The notes under the pieces are model-generated. The model did no database searches, was not told the DNA's origin, and saw only the letters and a list, made by a program, of their open reading frames with translations. From contig NW_026575913.1 in assembly GCF_028641065.1 (NCBI RefSeq), positions 124,001-188,000 on the forward strand: 64,000 bases of DNA. The letters run 5' to 3'. The translations under genes and the position numbers were made by a program. This DNA comes from Leucoraja erinacea (lineage: Eukaryota). Shown one piece after another: positions 62,187 to 64,000 of the stretch; positions within the stretch are counted from its first letter, which is position 1, and each line of letters begins with the position of its first letter.

Positions 62187-64000
62187 AACATAGAAACATA
62201 GAAACATAGAAATTAGGTGCAGGAGTAGGCCATTCGGCCCTTCGAGCCTGCACCGCCATTCAATATGATCATGGCTGATCATCCAACTCAGTATCCCGTA
62301 CCTGCCTTCTCTCCATACCCCCTGATCCCCTTAGCCACAAGGGCCACATCTAACTCCCTCTTAAATATAGCCAAAGAAATGGCCTCAACTACCCTCTGTG
62401 GCAGAGAGTTCCAGAGATTCACCACTCTCTGTTGGAAAAAAGTTCTTCTCATCTCGGTTTTAAAGGATTTCCCCTTTATCCTTAAGCTGTGACCCCTTGT
62501 CCTGGACTTCCCCAACATCGGGAACAATCTTCCTGCATCTAGCCTGTCCAACCCCTTAAGAATTTTGTAAGTTTCTATAAGATCCCCTCTCAATCTTCTA
62601 AATTCTAGAGAGTATAAACCAAGTCTATCCAGTCTTTCTTCATAAGACAGTCCTGACATCCCAGGAATCAGTCTGATGAACCGTCTCTGCACTCCCTCTA
62701 TGGCAATAATGTCCTTCCTCAGATTTGGAGACCAAAACTGTACGCAATACTCCAGGTGTGGTCTCACCAAGACCCTGTACGACTGCAGTAGAACCTCTCT
62801 GCTCCTATACTCAAATCCTTTTGCAATGAAAGCTAACATACCATTCGCTTTCTTTACTGCCTGCTGCACCTGCATGCCTACCTTCAATGACTGGTGTACC
62901 ATGACACCCAGGTCTCGCTGCATCTCCCCCTTTCCCAATCGGCCACCATTTAGATAATAGTCTGCTTTCCTGTTTTTGCCGCCAAAATGGATAACCTCAC
63001 ATTTATCCACATTATACTGCATCTGCCAAACATTTGCCCACTCACCCAGCCTATCCAAGTCACCCTGCAGTCTCCTAGCATCCTCCTCACAGCTAACACT
63101 GCCCCCCAGCTTAGTGTCATCCGCAAAGTTGGAGATATTGCCTTCAATTCCCTCATCCAGATCATTAATATATATTGGAAATAGCTGGGGTCCCAGTACT
63201 GAGCCTTGGGGTACCCCACTAGTCACTGCCTGCCATTGTGAAAAGGACCTGTTTATTCCTACTCTTTGCTTCCTGTTTGCCAGCCAGTTCTCTATCCACA
63301 TCAATACTGAACCCCCAATGCCTTGTGCTTTAAGTTTGTATACTAATCTCTTATGTGGGACCTTGTCGAAAGCCTTCTGGAAGTCCAGATACACCACATC
63401 CACTGGTTCTCCCCATCCACGCTACTAGTTACATCCTCGAAAAATTCTATAAGATTCGTCAGACATGATTTACCTTTCGTAAATCCATGCTGACTTTGTC
63501 CAATGATTTCACCACTTTCCAAATGTGCTGCTATCCCATCTTTAATAACTGACTCTAGCAGTTTCCCCACTGCCGATGTTAGACTAACTGGTCTGTAATT
63601 CCCCATTTTCTCTCTCCCTCCCTTCTTAAAAAGTGGGGTTACGTTTGCTACCCGCCAATCTTCAGGAACTACTCCAGAATCTAAAGAGTTTTGAAAGATT
63701 ATTACTAATGCATCCACTATTTCTGGAGCTACTTCCTTAAATACTCTGGGATGCAGCCTATCTGGCACTGGGGATTTATCGGCCTTTAATCCATTCAATT
63801 TACCCAACACCACTTCCCGGCTAACCTGGATTTCACTCAATTCCTCCAACTCCTTTGACCCGTGGTCCCCTGCTATTTCCGGCAGATTATTTATGTCTTC
63901 CTTAGTGAAGATGGAACCAAAGTAGTTATTCAATTGGTCCACCATATCCTTGTTCCCCATGATCAACTCACCTGTTTCTGACTGCAAGGGACCTACATTT
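62187..64000 (-). mobile_element. CR1-B LINE RT region (continues beyond the window)
   Basis: 371-aa and 214-aa RT ORFs separated by one frameshift; (CATAGAAA)n tail. Confidence 0.95.

Overview
Repeat-dense eukaryotic DNA, inferred to be from a cartilaginous fish, probably a skate or ray. The inference rests on HE1-type V-SINEs, esterase-ORF1 CR1 LINEs, a two-exon GPR139-like GPCR and a divergent MHC class I gene. Most of the window is nested transposable elements: two CR1 families (called CR1-A and CR1-B here), V-SINEs, a near-complete Penelope element with many short hammerhead-bearing derivatives, a 3'-truncated DIRS element, an L2, Tc1/mariner-type and other TIR elements, and Helitron-like fragments. 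There are two host genes, both on the minus strand. (1) An MHC class I-like gene with a leader exon at 38830-38881 and an intact alpha-1 exon at 16683-16943, separated by a ~21.9 kb intron; I did not find the remaining exons, which probably lie left of the window. (2) A GPR139-like class A GPCR pseudogene (exon 1 51792-51861, exon 2 47276-47800) that is frameshifted and fused tail-to-tail with the DIRS element. The most unusual signal is a cluster of 31-36 bp TIR-only elements flanked by 8-bp target duplications (53049-53212, 56504-56550), next to longer ends of the same family. They look like excision footprints of a P-element-like transposon. Three N-gaps (55971-56098, 56105-56251, 57788-57973) limit interpretation on the right side. 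Coordinates of degenerate repeats are approximate; all family assignments come from motif recognition, not database searches.
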